Of a stretch of 64,000 nt of DNA, positions 1 through 13,700 are shown in pieces. The position numbers and the translations under genes are program-made. The DNA comes from Camelus ferus (Eukaryota): positions 106,146,001 to 106,210,000 of the forward strand of contig NC_045697.1 of NCBI RefSeq assembly GCF_009834535.1. The letters run 5' to 3'. Under the pieces are notes generated by a model that saw only the letters and a program-made list of their open reading frames with translations, did no database searches and had not been told where the DNA came from. Position 1 is the first letter of the stretch. Every line of letters begins with the position of its first letter.

Positions 1-149
1 GCCTGCAGCTGGCTTTCACATGCTTCCATTCTGTTCTTTAAATAAGAACTCTTTTTGCTTAAAAGCTCTTCTCATTAAAAACTGCCTTTAAAGATTTAGT
101 TGAGAAAAAAATTTCATTAACATCAGATATGATACCAAACTGACTGTTT

Positions 150-1112
150 GCAATCACCACCTAGATGTTCACATCTCAAAATTCACATCTAAAACTGAAC
201 TGAATTTCACCCAAAGCTGCTTCCTTCATGTTTCATCGTCTTCTTCAGCTCAGAAAATCCATCTTTTTTCAGTTGTTCAGGCTAAAACCACTAGACTTTG
301 ACCACTTTTCTCTCACGTAACGGCATCCATTCCCATAGCATGTCCTGCTGGCTCTACCTTCTGAATATATTCAGAATCTCAATACTTCTCATCATCGCCA
401 TTGTCCCCAGCCTCCTCCAAGTCATTATTCTCTGCTGCCTGGATTATTGCAATAGCTCTTAATAGTCCCTGCTTCTGCCTCTCTCCACCTCCCCATGCCC
501 CTCACGTCTATTTTTACACAGCAGCCGAAGTAAATCATGTCACTCTTCTGACCAACACTCCATTAAGCTTCCCATTTCTCTCAGGCTAAAAGCCAAAAAC
601 CTTATAATGACCCCTCCTCTTTAGCTCTGTAACCTCACCTCCAACTATTCACCTCCTCATTTATTTCCTTCCAGCTACACAGGCTCCCCTGCTGTCCTGA
701 AACACTCCAGACACTCTCCTTTCAGGCTTTCTGCCTTTGCTGTTCCTTTTACGTCTTAGAATTTCTCCTCAGTTATCCCTTAGGCTCAATTCCCCACCAC
801 TTTCAGGTGTTTGCTCAGATGGCACCTTCTAAATGCAGATTTTTCCTGGGCATTCCATTCAAATTGAAAAACCACCTACCCCCAAGACATCCTACCTACT
901 TCTAGACCCTTTCTGCCATAGAGTTTACAAGCATATAACATAGTGTGTATTTCATTCATTTTGTTTATCTTGTTTCTCTCCGCTAGAATGTAAACTCTTT
1001 GCTGGCAGAAATGTTTGACTGTTTAGATCACAGCTGCAACCCCAGTGTGCCTAGAATGGTGTCTACTATATAGAAGATATTCAATAAACTCCTGAATAAA
1101 TGGATTAGTGAA
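150..1112 (+). mobile_element. L2 LINE 3' portion
   Basis: Degenerate L2 motifs (ctaaaactgaact, cctggattattgcaatagc, ctagaatgtaaactc...ggcag) and a terminal tcaataaa..tgaataaatg tail. Confidence 0.75.
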
Positions 1113-2745
1113 TTCAGATAATAAATAAAAATACTTGTCAGGGTGAAGTTGGGAAAATGGCTGAATTACACAAACTATTTGCCTCTACTACCCTAATTCA
1201 ATGGAATATTGCCAACTCTTTGTTTTGTTCTATTTTGATTCTGCATCTGTGTAGAGTTTGTTTCCAAAATTTGGGGATGTACAGTAATTTAGTCAGGGAA
1301 AAAGTTGTTTCCATGGGTGCCTGGTAAACTGATTACAATGAAATTGGCAGTGGGTCCTAGTTTTAATATGACACTGTGGCATATTATAATTCTAATTTCC
1401 ACTATGAAGTTTTTCTAGTGGCAGGATGGGTACTGTCCTAGGTCCATTTTTTTTTTTAACAGAACTTAGATAAAAAAGCTCATGTTGTATTTGGCATCTG
1501 ATCATTCATAGCAATCTTCTCAGATAAAAACACAATGTCAGTGAGAAGAAAGGAAAAATCTCCTGCAGTCTAGAAGGGAATAATCTCTTGCAAAACTGTC
1601 TCTGGATGCTAATGAACCAACAATAAGGGACCTATTATAGGATTGTTTTGAATGATATCGTTCACATTAAGTTCCAGTGATGCCAAAGGCAGAATCACCC
1701 TGAGGCTTGGACTCATCAGTTAGGACTATGACACATACTTAAGCTCATCAATATTAATAATGGTTGGTGCATCTAGTTTAGATCAGAATGTAAAAATGGA
1801 AATTTGAGTTTTATTTTTAGTCTTATTTTGACATTATTGACCATAAAAAAGGGGGAAATTACCTTGAGGCATCACTACCCTGAAATACACACAAACATGT
1901 ATCTTAAAGGGACAACATCAGCATTAAAACATATGTGGAGTCCTCTCCTCCCCATCCCCAGGCTGAAACAGTAACACTAATTGTGCTTGTTTGAATGTCT
2001 TGTGTCCTCATATTCAAAGTTAAGTCTGGTTAGATTAGTGATTACCTCCATTGCCATACGTTGACACTTTAAATAACGATGGAGGTGATACGAACTGGAG
2101 ACAAAAGTGCATTGTCAATATGTCTTGACTTGCTCATAGATTTAGGAAATTTAGAGTATCTCTAGTCATTAAGTTATGTTTGAAATCACTATGTGGATAA
2201 CGGATACCTCTGTGGTCCCTCCAAGGATAATACAGATTCCAGATTAGACACTTTAATTTCTTATGAGATGAATGTGATACTGAGATCAGATGGTCAGCAT
2301 TTTGGCATATTCAGTAAAACGCTTTTGACACAATTCTGTTTAAGTATACAATTAAACTTATGTCACAAACTGAGTAGCTGACTTCAGAAATTTTTAAACC
2401 TTCACCTATAAAATTGCTTATTTAATTTGAAGAGCTAGATCTTTTTGGCCAACTGTCTACCAAAGAGATGGGCTAAACTCCTCCATCGTTAGCCCTCACA
2501 TTCTCTACAGAATATTCTGGAGTAGGTCATATATTAGAATTTCTTATGACGTTACAGTTTCTATGAATGTGAAAATCACGTATGTCAGATGATGGGAAGT
2601 ATGCAGTCTAATGAAATTTGAGAACTGAGAACACTGGAGGTCACCTTAGCTCATTTTTTTTTTTCATTTTACAAATAAGCAGCTTTGATCCAGTAAAACA
2701 AAGCAATATGGAGTCATATTAATAGTTTTAATTCCATTATGTTAC

Positions 2746-3299
2746 TGAAGGGGATCCTAAAATATGTCACTTTAGCAAAAGAATTATATTGAGTTGAAGG
2801 CAACTGAGAAGCAGCAGATGCAGGAAGAACTCTCTGCTCTTCCACTTTCTGCCTGGGCATAAATTTTCCTTTGCGAAAGTGTTCCCTTCCCCTCTCCTGT
2901 AACAGGAAGAGGAGAATGACTTTTAATCTCACTGCAGAGTCACTTACCTGAGCCTGCAAAACAAACCTTACTAAACAACCCACAAGCTTCATCAGTTTCC
3001 CATATATTTATTTTCCCACAATTTACTACACCTAGAAGGCCAACCTCCTTTTCTTTTGTACAGTTACTTCTCCACAATCTATTTCCTTTTGTTAAAATGG
3101 TACATGAGCCCCCAGGTTTAACTGCCGCTTTGGGGTTTTTACTTCTTTTCTGTGAACCCCCTCACACACTGCATAAAAATGTTAAAATCAATAAAATATG
3201 CATGTCTTTTCTTTGGTTAGTCTGTCTTTTGCCAGCTTAATTTGCAAGTCCCATTCATAAACCTAAAGAGGGTAGAGGAAGAGTTTTTCCTCCTCTACG
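2746..3299 (+). mobile_element. ERV1-class solo LTR, MER34/MER39-like
   Basis: Starts TGAAGG..aaaatatgtcacttt..gagttgaaggcaactgagaagcagcagatgcagga, has AATAAA near 3190 and ends agaggaagagtttttcctcctctacg (CA>CG). Flanks ttac/tgac resemble a 4-bp TSD. Confidence 0.8.
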
Positions 3300-3949
3300 T
3301 GACAAATTTGATTATTTGCCACTCGGTTAAACAGCTAGCATTAAGAATTTCCTCAGAAACATATTTCTATAGTGTGTTTGTAATTCAGCTGTTGGTTATT
3401 TAGGCTTATTACTTAAAAATTTATACATCTCACATTATCCACTTCAGAACTCCATCCCTTTACGTTCTATATGTGTTGCAGGGCTGGGGGAGATGAGGGG
3501 TGTTTGCTATTGCCATTCATCCTTTTAGGATGTTTTAGAAAGATAGAGGGAGAAGGATCCTACTGTTTTAAAGTTGTGGATCTAGCTATATTCCAGGATT
3601 TAATTTTTAAATGGTCTTAATTTGCCTTGAACACAATTAAGCGTCTACCAAGTGTCAGACATTTGTTAACAAAGGGTAGGCCATTGATGCCTATCCTTAA
3701 AAGTCTTAAAATCAAACATGAGGAGACAGTTAAAAAACAAGGAGCAGAAGGAAGAGACTATGGACACCGTGATAGTAGCCCATGCGAGATACAGAAGGAC
3801 AAAGACAAGAGCAGATCATTATAACGCAGCGTGGACTGACAAAATGAGCAGAGAAGTTGCTTGTTAAGAGGAAGGTGATAAGATATGCCGCATTCCTACT
3901 GAAGAGTCAATCACAAATGCATCTCAAAGATTCCTAGAAGCCAAGACAT

Positions 3950-4490
3950 TTCCCCCAAAATACAGACCCAAATATCCAACTGACCTGACAAATCCATCAA
4001 GTTCAACATGTTTAACTCAGAACTTATCTTTCCTCACAAACTTGGTCTCCTTCACTATAGATATTCCATCTGTTTCTCAAGTGAGAAATCTAAGACTTGA
4101 CTCCTTCCATTATCAAACCATTGTCAAATTCTTTCCTGTTGATTTTGCCTCCAGGATATTTTTCATTAGTAAGTCCAAGTTTTTTCCATTTTCTCCATTA
4201 ATACTGTAATCCAAACTATGATCATCAACCTACTTCTACTATTATATTACTTGAGGACTTAGAAGCATACCTAGTACATACTAAATGCTCGATAAATATA
4301 TCTGAATGAATAAATGATTGACTGGACTGGCTTTCTTGCACCCCCTTTGCTTACTTACCCTTTAATTCATTTTCCAAGGGGCAGAGTAATCTTTTCAGAT
4401 CTCTAATATTATCATGCCATTTTCCTATTTTAAAACTCACACTGGCTTTCCATTGCTTTAAAAAAAAATAAGCCTTAAAAGGTCCTGCAT
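3950..4490 (+). mobile_element. L2 fragments
   Basis: atatccaactg..aagttcaacatgtttaactcagaactta and a tgctcgataaatatatctgaatgaataaatg L2 tail. Confidence 0.55.
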
Positions 4491-4699
4491 GAATGGGTTG
4501 GTTAATGCTCTCTTTTGTACAAAACAAGATGAGAAATGTGAGCCTGTGCACTTGTAATTTATCACCACTGTATAGGATTTGTACTGTGATGTCAACCTCC
4601 ACATTGAATAACTGGGAACTCTAAGGTGCCATACTTCAATGGATGCAAGAGGAGAGAAAAGATTGGGGGAAAGGTGGTGACCCTACATGGCACATATTT

Positions 4700-5460
4700 T
4701 TTAAAAACAAAATCTTTGATTATAAATATTTTCAAGCACAAAGTAGAGAGGATATATAACAAACTCCATACACTCATCACATACATTTAACAATTATCAA
4801 TATTTTTAATTCTATCTTTTGTAGATGAAGTATTTTAGAAGTGCTAAACCTCATATCACTTCTGTTCAGCATGTTTTAATGAGCATCTTTAATAATGTGC
4901 ACACTTTCTTGCAAACTACAATGTCATTATCATACCTAACAAAAACAGAATTCCTAGGTATTACCTGATTCAAAGCTGTATTTTAAAATTTTCCATTTTC
5001 TCAAAAATGTCTTTTTCACATATGAGTTATTAGAATCAGGATCCAAAAAAGGACCATACATTATGTTTGGTGATCTCCTAAATCTTAATCTGAAGCAGTC
5101 CTCTTTCCCATCTTTTCAAATTTTTATCCCAGTGACTTGAAGAAATTGAGTTAGTTGTCTTACAGGATGTCCTATATTCTAGATGTCTCAGTGTGATTCC
5201 TTTGTGGTCTCATTTAACTTTTTTTTTAATCAGGAAACTTTCTGTAAATTGAAAGTTAGCTCAAAAGATTTAAATAAATTCAGATTTAATGTCTTCCCAT
5301 ATCTCCTGCCACCAAGAACACTTAAGTGATGCCGTGTGTTTCACATAGAATCACAGAGGAGGCACATAATATCTAATTGTATCCTCCTTAGTGAAACTAA
5401 CATAGCTTTGGGTTCAGCTGGTGACAGACTGAACTCTCCATTATAAAATTACCAATAGTT
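4700..5460 (-). mobile_element. Old L1 (L1MC/L1ME-type) 3' UTR fragment
   Basis: Antisense 3' UTR motifs (aaatattttcaagcacaaagtagagag, gaatcaggatccaaa, ggatgtcctatattctagat). Confidence 0.55.
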
Positions 5461-5487
5461 TCATTGACATGTTTTATGTGCCAGTGG

Positions 5488-5938
5488 TTTTTTTTAATTG
5501 AAGCATAGTTGATTTACAATTTTGTGTTAGCTTTAAGTGTACAGCAAAGTGATTCAGTTATATATATATAACTTTTTTCAGATTATTTTTATTATAATTG
5601 ATTACAAGATATTGAATATAGTTCCCTGTGCTATACAGTAGGTCCTTTTATTTATCTATTTAATATATAGTAGTGTGTATATGTTAACCACAAACTTGTA
5701 ATTTATCCTTCCTCCACCTTTCCCCTTTGATAACCATAAGTTTGTTTTCTATATCTGTGAGTCTATTTATGGTTTGTAAATAAGTGAATATGTATCACTT
5801 TTTAGATTCCACATGTAAGTGATATATGATATTTGTCTTTCTTTGTCTGGCTTACTTCACTTAGTATGATCATCTCTAGGCCCATCCATGTTGCTGCAAA
5901 TGGCATTATTTCATTCTTTTTCATGGCTGAGTAGTATC

Positions 5939-6029
<91 letters not shown>

Positions 6030-8160
6030 CACACACACACACACATATATTTATATATAATATATATACACCACATCTTCTTTATCCTTTCATCTGTGGA
6101 TGGACATTTAGATTGCTTCCATGTCCTAATTATTATAAATAGTGCTGCTATGAACACTGCGGTGCATGTATCTTTTTGAATTAGAGTTTTCTCCCAATAT
6201 ATGCCCAGGGGTGGAAATGCTGACATATGGTAACTCTATTTTTAGTTTTTTAAGAAACCTCCATACTTTTCTTCATAGTTGCTGCACCAATTTACATTCC
6301 CACCAACAGTATAGGAGGGTTCCTTTTTCTCCACACCCTCTCCAGCATTTACTATTTGTAGACTTTATAATGATGGCCATTCTGACTGGTGTGAGGTGTG
6401 ATATCTCACTGTAGTTTTGATTTGCATTCTGTAATAATTAGTGATATTGAGAATCTTTTCAAGTGCCTGTTGGCCATCTGTATGTCTTCTTTGGAGAAAT
6501 GTCTACTTAAGTCTTTTTCCCATTTTTTTGATTGGATTTTTTTTTTTTTTACATTAAGCTGTATGAGCTGTTTATATATTTTTGAAATTAATACCTTATA
6601 GGTCACATTTCTGCAAATATTTTCCCCCATTCCATAGATTCTCTTTTCATTTTTTGTATGGTTTCCTTTGCTTTGCAAAAGCCTTTAAGTTTAGTTAGGT
6701 CCCATTTATTTATTTTTGTTTTTATTCCCACTGCTCTAGGAGGTGAATCCAAAAAAAATATTGCTCCGATTTAAGTCAAAGAGTGTTCTGCCTATGTTTT
6801 CCCCTAGGAGTTTCAGTCTTATATTTAGGTATTTAATCCACTCTGAGTTTATTTTTTATACAGTGTTTGACAATGTTCTAATTTCAGTCTTTAATGTGCA
6901 GCTGTCCAGTTTTCCCAGCACCGTTTATTGAAGAGACTGTCTTTCCTTCATTGCATATTCTTGCCTCCTTTGTCAAAGACTAATTGACAATAGGTGCACG
7001 GATTTTTCAGGGGAGGCTCTCTAGTCTGTTTCATTTAACTATGTGTTTGTTTTTTTCTTCCAAACCAAGAACACGGTATATCTTTCCATTTGTTTGTGTC
7101 ATCTTCAATTCCTTTCATCAGCATCTTAAACTCTTTAGAGTATAGGTTTTTTGCTTCCTTAGGTAGGTTTATTCCTAGCTATTTTATTCTTTTTGATGTC
7201 ATGGTAAATGGGATTATTTCCTTAATTTCTCTTTCTGATATTTCATTGTTAGTGTACAGAAATGCAACAGGTTTCTGTATATTAATTTTATATCCTGCAA
7301 CTTTACCAAATTCATTAATGAGCTCTAGTAGTTTTCTGGTAATGTCTTAAGAATTTTCTATGTATAGTATCATGCCATCTGCAACCAGTGACAGTTTTAC
7401 TTCTTTTCCAATTTAGATTCCTTTTATTTTTTATTTCTTCTCTGATTGCTGTGGCTAGGACTTTGAAAATTATGTTGAATAGAAGTGGCAATAGTGGGCA
7501 TCCTTGTCTTGTTCCTGATCTTAGAGGAAATGCTTTCAGCTTTTCACCATTGAGTATGATGTTAGCTGTTGTGCTTGTCAGATACGGCCTTTATTAAGTT
7601 GAGGTAACTCCCCTCCATGCCCACTTTTTGGAGAGTTTTTTTTTTTTAATCATAAATGGATGTTGCATTTTATCAAAAGCTTTTTCTGCATCTATTGAGA
7701 TGATCACGTGATTTTTATTCTTCAGTGTGTTAATGTAGTGTATCACATTGATTGATTTGCAAATATTGAAAAATCCTTGCATCCCTGGGATAAATCCCAC
7801 TTGATCATGGTGTATTATCCTTCTAATGTATTGGTGGATTTGGTTTGCTAATATTTTATTGAGGATTTTTGCATCAATGTTCATCAATGATATTGGCCTG
7901 TAATTTTCTTTCTTTGTGGTATCTTTGTCTAGTTTTGGTATCAGGGTGATGGTGGACTCACAGAATGAGTTCAGAAGTGCTCCGTCTTATGCAGTTTTTT
8001 GAAATAGTTTTAGAAGGATAGGTGTTAACTTTTCTCTAAATGTTTGATAGAATACACCTGTGATCCCATCTGGTTCTAAACTTTTGTTTGTTGGGATTCA
8101 ATTTGAGTACTGATAATTAGTCTGTTCATATGATCTACTTCTTACAGGTTCAGTCTTGGG
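5488..8160 (-). mobile_element. 5'-truncated cetartiodactyl-type L1 (ORF2 RT and C-terminal remnant plus 3' UTR)
   Basis: T-tail at 5488 followed by aattgaagcatagttgatttacaat. ORF track 7594-7887 gives [35 protein letters not shown] (L1 RT) and 6406-6678 gives the ORF2 C-terminus. Frameshifts and stops are present. Confidence 0.95.
5942..6050. repeat. Compound microsatellite (TA)23(TG)16(TA)5(CA)8
   Basis: Read directly from the sequence; it sits inside the L1 near the ORF2 end. Confidence 0.97.
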
Positions 8161-8254
8161 ACATTGATTGTTTGTGTCTTCTTTTGAGAAAGTTTATTCC
8201 AACTTTTTGCCTATCTTTTATTTTGCCATAGTCCTGTGGGATTGTGGCCCACTG

Positions 8255-8366
8255 TTACGACCTTACAACCTTAATTACTATTAAAGAGCTTATTTCCAGA
8301 TATAGTCACATTGGGGGTTAGGGCTTTGACATATGAATTTGGGAGGAATACAATTCAATCCATAGA
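8255..8366 (-). mobile_element. MLT1A/B-type MaLR LTR 5' fragment
   Basis: Reverse complement reads ctatggattgaattgtattcctcccaaattcatatgtcaaagccctaacccccaatgtgactatatctggaaata, matching the MLT1 start. Confidence 0.75.
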
Positions 8367-9190
8367 AATCATACTGTTTTGATTACTATTGCTTTGTAGT
8401 TAAATTTTTAAATCATGAATCCTCCAACTCAAGTGAGTACTCTATTCTTTTTCTATTCTTATTTCATAATTTCCTCTCTACACTTTATTTTATTTATTTA
8501 CTTTGCCTTTCTTTTCTAGATTCTTGGGGTGGAAAGTTTAGTTGCTGATTAGACATCTTTCTTCTTTTTTTAATATAGGCATTTGGAAGTATACATTTCC
8601 CTCTAAACACTACTTTAGTTGTATCCCATAAGTTCCAGTATGCTGCATTTTTTATTTGCACTGATCTCAAAGTACTTTCTTAAATTTCAATTGAGATTTC
8701 TTCTTTGGTCTATTGGCTACTGAGGCAGTGTTGTTTATTTTACACATATTGAGAATTTCCCAAATTTTATTGATGTTGATTTCTAACTTGATTATATTGT
8801 GGTCAAAGAACATATTTTGTACAAATTTAATACTTGTAAAATGTGTTGAGGCTTATTTTACAATGTAGGATATTCTTTATCCTGGAGAATGTTCTAAAGG
8901 TGCTTGAGAAGAATGTGTATTTTGCTGCTGTTGACTAGTGTACTCTGCAGATATCCATAAGTGTAGCTGATTTTCAGTCTTGTTTAAATTTCTCTTTCCT
9001 TGTTGATCTTCTGCCTATTTGTTTTCTATCCATTATCAAAAGTAGGAAATTGAAGGCTCCAACGATTATTATTGAATTTTCTATTTTTCCTTTCAATTCT
9101 GTCAATTTTTGTCTTGGGTAGCTTGGGGCTCTGTTAGTAGGTGAATATGTCTTATTGATGTTTGGTAGGCATTCTTGGCAATATTTTATT
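8367..9190 (-). mobile_element. Old L1 ORF2 fragments (endonuclease region)
   Basis: atttccctctaaacactactttagttgtatcccataag, ttgtggtcaaagaacata and cttgagaagaatgtgtattttgctgctgttg are antisense L1M motifs. Confidence 0.8.
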
Positions 9191-9779
9191 ATCTATTAAT
9201 TTGTTTAACTAACTTAAAAGCAATGCCCCTGAAATTCCTAAAAAATTTTGTTAAGACATCTTGTTGACAGTAACCATTTTCTTCTCAATTAATAAAAATT
9301 AGTGAGGTTTTGTTATACATCTAAAATTTCTATACCTAGATGAAATAAACTTCATTAGAAAATGTGTGAAATAAACTAATTCTGACAAAAATTATAGCAT
9401 AGTTCAATTCAACCTTTCTTTTTCAAAATAGATTCTTTGAAATAATCAAACTAACATGTAAATACAAAATGCCACCCTGATATAAGTTTTTAAGGATAAA
9501 GAAGTGGAATGAGTAGTTAAAATTTATCAAATAAAACATAAATCTGGAAAAAATCATGAAAAATTAAGTGCAGTCAACAAGTGATCACAAAATAAAGGAT
9601 GGACCACCTTAAAAAAAAGTTCATGCCTGATAATTGATGCAAGCATGGCTCTAAGAACACTTTCCAAGTGTGCTATATTAAAACACTGGAATGACAGAGA
9701 ATGGGAGAGGGGAGGTAGAAAGCTCAGGTCCCTTACAACCTGTAGATTCTATGATCCCCTATTAAATAAGTGAAAATGC

Positions 9780-11260
9780 AAAATTAATACGAAATTAAAA
9801 GGCTGAAGATAAAGCTTAGCTTCTCACGGGTCCTTTGTTAATCTCTGTCATCTATAACTAATATCCACAGCTGGGGACAGAAGGCAGGAATTAAGCCTCG
9901 AGCCTACATAAAGTGAAGAGCTGGAGTTATTATCTCCGTACATTGTTCTATATATTATCTCCACATATAGTTTAAGCTCAGTGAAAGAAGGGACTAGACA
10001 AAAATCTGTCCCTGGAGAAAAGAAACATGTCTGGAATAACCTGAATACTAAGCAGGAAAAAAAGAAAGAAAAAATGAAAAAACAAAAAACAAAAAAAAAC
10101 CCTACCTCTATTGAGAATTTATAACTACAATTAACCTCTCCTGGGTTTAGGATTTAAATTTACAATAACTATATTGTTCCCAAAACTCCAAACTCAGAAA
10201 TTAATTTATAGTTGTTCCATGACAGGGGTATCCCAGAAACCTGGAGAGAAGCCACAACAAACCTTTTCTAAGAGATTTATAGACTCATAATCCAAAATAC
10301 ACACAATGCCCCAGGAAACAGGCAGCCATCAGTTAAAGCAGGACAACATACTGCAGATTTTGACTCCTGAGAAGTTCAAATTTTAAAAATATAAACAATA
10401 TAATGAAAATTAATGAGTTTAAAGTAATAAGACTGGATCAAAAACATGAGCAATTAATAAAATTGTTTTAAAATATCTAGTGATGTAGAAAAGAACTAAA
10501 TAGGTGAGAAATATAATTATTAAAATTATAAACTTCCTTATCAGTTAAAAAGTGAAATAGTGTGAAGAAGAATGAGTAATCCAAAAGAAGTATTCGCTAA
10601 GTAAAAAACTTAGCAAAAATGCACAGTAGATAGAAAACATGAAAGATACATCATGAGATACGAAGAAAAGAATGACAGATTCCGTTATAAACCCAATGGG
10701 AGTTTTAAGAGAACAAAGTATAATGAAAAGGTGACATGTTCTAAAGAATAGTGGGTGAGAATTTACAGAACATAATGAAATGTAGAAATTTAAGATTCTG
10801 GAATCCCAAAGAAGAAAAAACTTAAATTTAAAAAATTTGTTTTTTTAATTTTACATGTCTAAACACCTCTCAGTGAAGCTGTATGGAATCAAAGACCAAG
10901 AGGTGGACAACATAGCTACATAAAAATGAGTGACAATAAAAGTGGCAACCACAATAGATCTAAATTAATATCACTAAAGTATTGGAGAAAATGACTGCAG
11001 ATCAAGAATTAAATGCCCAACTTACCTATGATTCATGACCAAAATGGAAATAAAGATAATTTCAGAGAAATAAAAATGAGAATGTGATAAACATGATGAT
11101 AAATCAACTAAAATTTTTCTAAAGGGCATATATCTAGAAAAAGATGGATCCCAGAAAGAAGCTGGAAATGTAAGAAAAATTGATGAGCTAAGAAACTGGT
11201 AAAAACACAAAAAATTCTAAACAAATGTTGAATGTATAAAACAGTGTGTAGGTGGACCTA
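9780..11260 (+). mobile_element. Highly diverged L1/HAL1 5' region and ORF1 remnant
   Basis: A-rich, with ORF1-like motifs (gagaatttacagaacataatgaaa, tggagaaaatgactgcagatcaagaatt, aaaatggaaataaagataatttcag). Confidence 0.55.
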
Positions 11261-11299
11261 AAAATACTAAATAATAGTTCCAAGTCAGGAGGCTCGATT

Positions 11300-11760
11300 T
11301 CAGATGCATTTCTCCATTGTCTTCTCATAGTCAGTGTTGTTCTTAGCATGCTCTATGCCATTTTTGTTCAAACTGATTTGAAGATAACCTCTTTTTATTT
11401 ATTTCATTTTCTCTTTGTAAGCTTTTGAATAATGTAATGTAACAAATTGGTGGGTGTCTTATTGCATTTATTTTGATGGTTACATTGAGGGCTTTTATCT
11501 TAAATGTTTGGAAAGTTTTCTTCCATTATTTCTGTGATAATCTCCCTTCATTTTCTTTCTATCTTTACTTTTGGAAATTCTTATAATTCAGAGTTGTACT
11601 TTACAGATTAATCTTCTCATTTCTTACATTTTGTTCCTGTTTTTTTCATTTGTTTTGTATTTATTACTTACTTCATCTTTTTCTTTGGGGGATATTGCTT
11701 TATCTTGCAACAGTTCTTTTTTTAATGTTGATTCTATTATTGGTTTCTAAGCAATATTTT
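11300..11760 (-). mobile_element. Diverged L1/HAL1 ORF1 fragment, antisense
   Basis: T-rich, with tttggaaagttttcttccattatttct and ttttggaaattccttataattcag. Confidence 0.45.
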
Positions 11761-13419
11761 GGTCCTGTTTGTTGTTCTGGGCTTAATTCACGTACCTCTT
11801 TAAGTTTGCTCAGCCACATCTCCCTCTAGGGCGCTGACTACTTACTTGACCTGATGGGTCATCTCACTTTCTTTCTAGCACAACCAGTTGTCTTGGCCTC
11901 CCATGGAGTGCAGTCAGATTCTGTGGCCTCCAGAGTGCATGCCACCCTACAAGTTAGACGCCTAGGTCTTGCTCAACTAAATTTAATCCCACTACTTGCA
12001 AAGTAACCTGAAGCTCATAGGATCTGGCTTCTGCAGCAGCAATCATGTTACACACTTGGAAGACTTAATCTGAAAGACCACTCTAAATACTTTTGTACAT
12101 CTAATCTCTTTATCTTGAGAAAGGGCTAATTTGAATATTTTTACCTAGTTGCTCATTAAAAAACTTAAATCAGAGGAAGGGACTTAAACCAAATGCTTCT
12201 AGAGAATTTGCTTGATTAAGCCATTACACTGCCTTGAGGTCCACATCACTGCCTCTGAACAAGCTTATTTTGTTTTTTATTGGCCTATAATTTATCTGAC
12301 ATAGAAAACATCTTAGAAGAAAACCCCACCAAATAAAAATAAGGTAAGGAATAGGAAGAGCACAGGTCCACAAATAGGTATCTAAAACTGCCCCAGCGAA
12401 ATCTAAGAATTTAAAAGAGGCCAATTCAAATGGGAAAGATGTCACAAAGCAAAACATATAAACATATCTATAGCTAACATTTGTTTTGATCACACATTCC
12501 TCTGGGAAACACATGGCAACTAGGAAGAAAATCCTATTTTCATTGCTAGCAGTTAAAGGGCTAACCTGCCGTGGAATCCAAAGTATTAGGGGTGTTGTAT
12601 GTGTTTTAAAACTCAGCAATTACCACTTTACACAAATGGTAGATTCACTTTTGCAGTAATGATAACTGTTTCTATTATAGAAATATTATTTGCTGAATAT
12701 AGCTTTCAGGCAAAAAAAAAAAAAAAAAAAAGCATGTGAATAATAGACCCCAGGTCTAATTAAATGCTGCTCTTGGGACACTGGTTTACATAGATTACCT
12801 TGGATTTAATGTTTTATTTAAGCATAGTTTGTTTTGTATAACAAAGGATGGGAAACGTAAAAGCATAAACTGAAAGGGATCCCAAGGGGTTACACATTGC
12901 TTCTCTTTAACTACTGGAGTATTGTACAACCCACCTGTCATGGGCTTGTCTGTTCTCTGCCAAAGAATGAGGGTGAATCATAAATTATTCTTAGTAGCTT
13001 ACTTAGGTTTCCTACAACCATATCTGTCAGGAGACAGAAAAGTATTTTGGGAACTATAAAGTGCTATGCAAATGAAAGTTTTTATAATTACTATTAAGAC
13101 CTGTTCTTCATTCCCAGAAGGGGAAAATGACTAGACATTTTGCATCTTAGAAAAACTCTTGTAACCCTGAAAACACTGTTATTCTTCAGATTTCTTTATA
13201 CAAATAAAACTCACATTTTACTTTTTTCTCATTTGCCTTCTCAGTCTAATTTCATTCTCTTTATTGGACAGTTGCCAAACTTACAATGCCATGAATTTAA
13301 AACAAGTTGTAAATTAGCAAAAACTGGTGTGGCTTTTGTTAAATTTTTGACATTTTTGAATAAAGGTCAACATATAGTTCAAGTCAACTATGTATAATAT
13401 TTATATTTTACTTTTTACA

Positions 13420-13700
13420 TCTTTTAATTATAAATATTTCTAACATGAAAATTCAAAGAATACTACAAGGTATTACCACGTGATCAACTTGACTTCACAT
13501 TATCAGCTTTCTCTCATAGTTGATTATTTATCACACACCCACATGCACACATACATCATTTACCAAGCTGACCGAAAGTTGCAGATGCTACATAACAATA
13601 CCATTATCCCACAAGGAATAATAGTATCTTAATGTCATGCAATGTCCAGTCCATGATCAAATTGCCATAGTTGTTCCCCAAATGTCTTGCACTATCTGTA
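13420..13700 (-). mobile_element. L1ME-type 3' UTR fragment
   Basis: Similar motifs to 4700-5460 (ataaatatttctaacatgaaaattcaaagaata, gtccatgatcaaattgcc). Confidence 0.45.

Noticed and set aside
5802..6226. Overlapping ORFs with YI/CV/HT repeats
   Set aside because: Translation artefacts of the microsatellite inside the L1.
7594..7887. Functional reverse transcriptase ORF
   Set aside because: Fragment of a truncated, frameshifted L1 ORF2.
12224..12619. Longest ORF in the track (131 aa)
   Set aside because: Non-ATG start, composition typical of random AT-rich DNA, and no domain or splice support.
12712..12731. Isolated poly(A) run as a retrocopy tail
   Set aside because: No upstream poly(A) signal or TSD seen.
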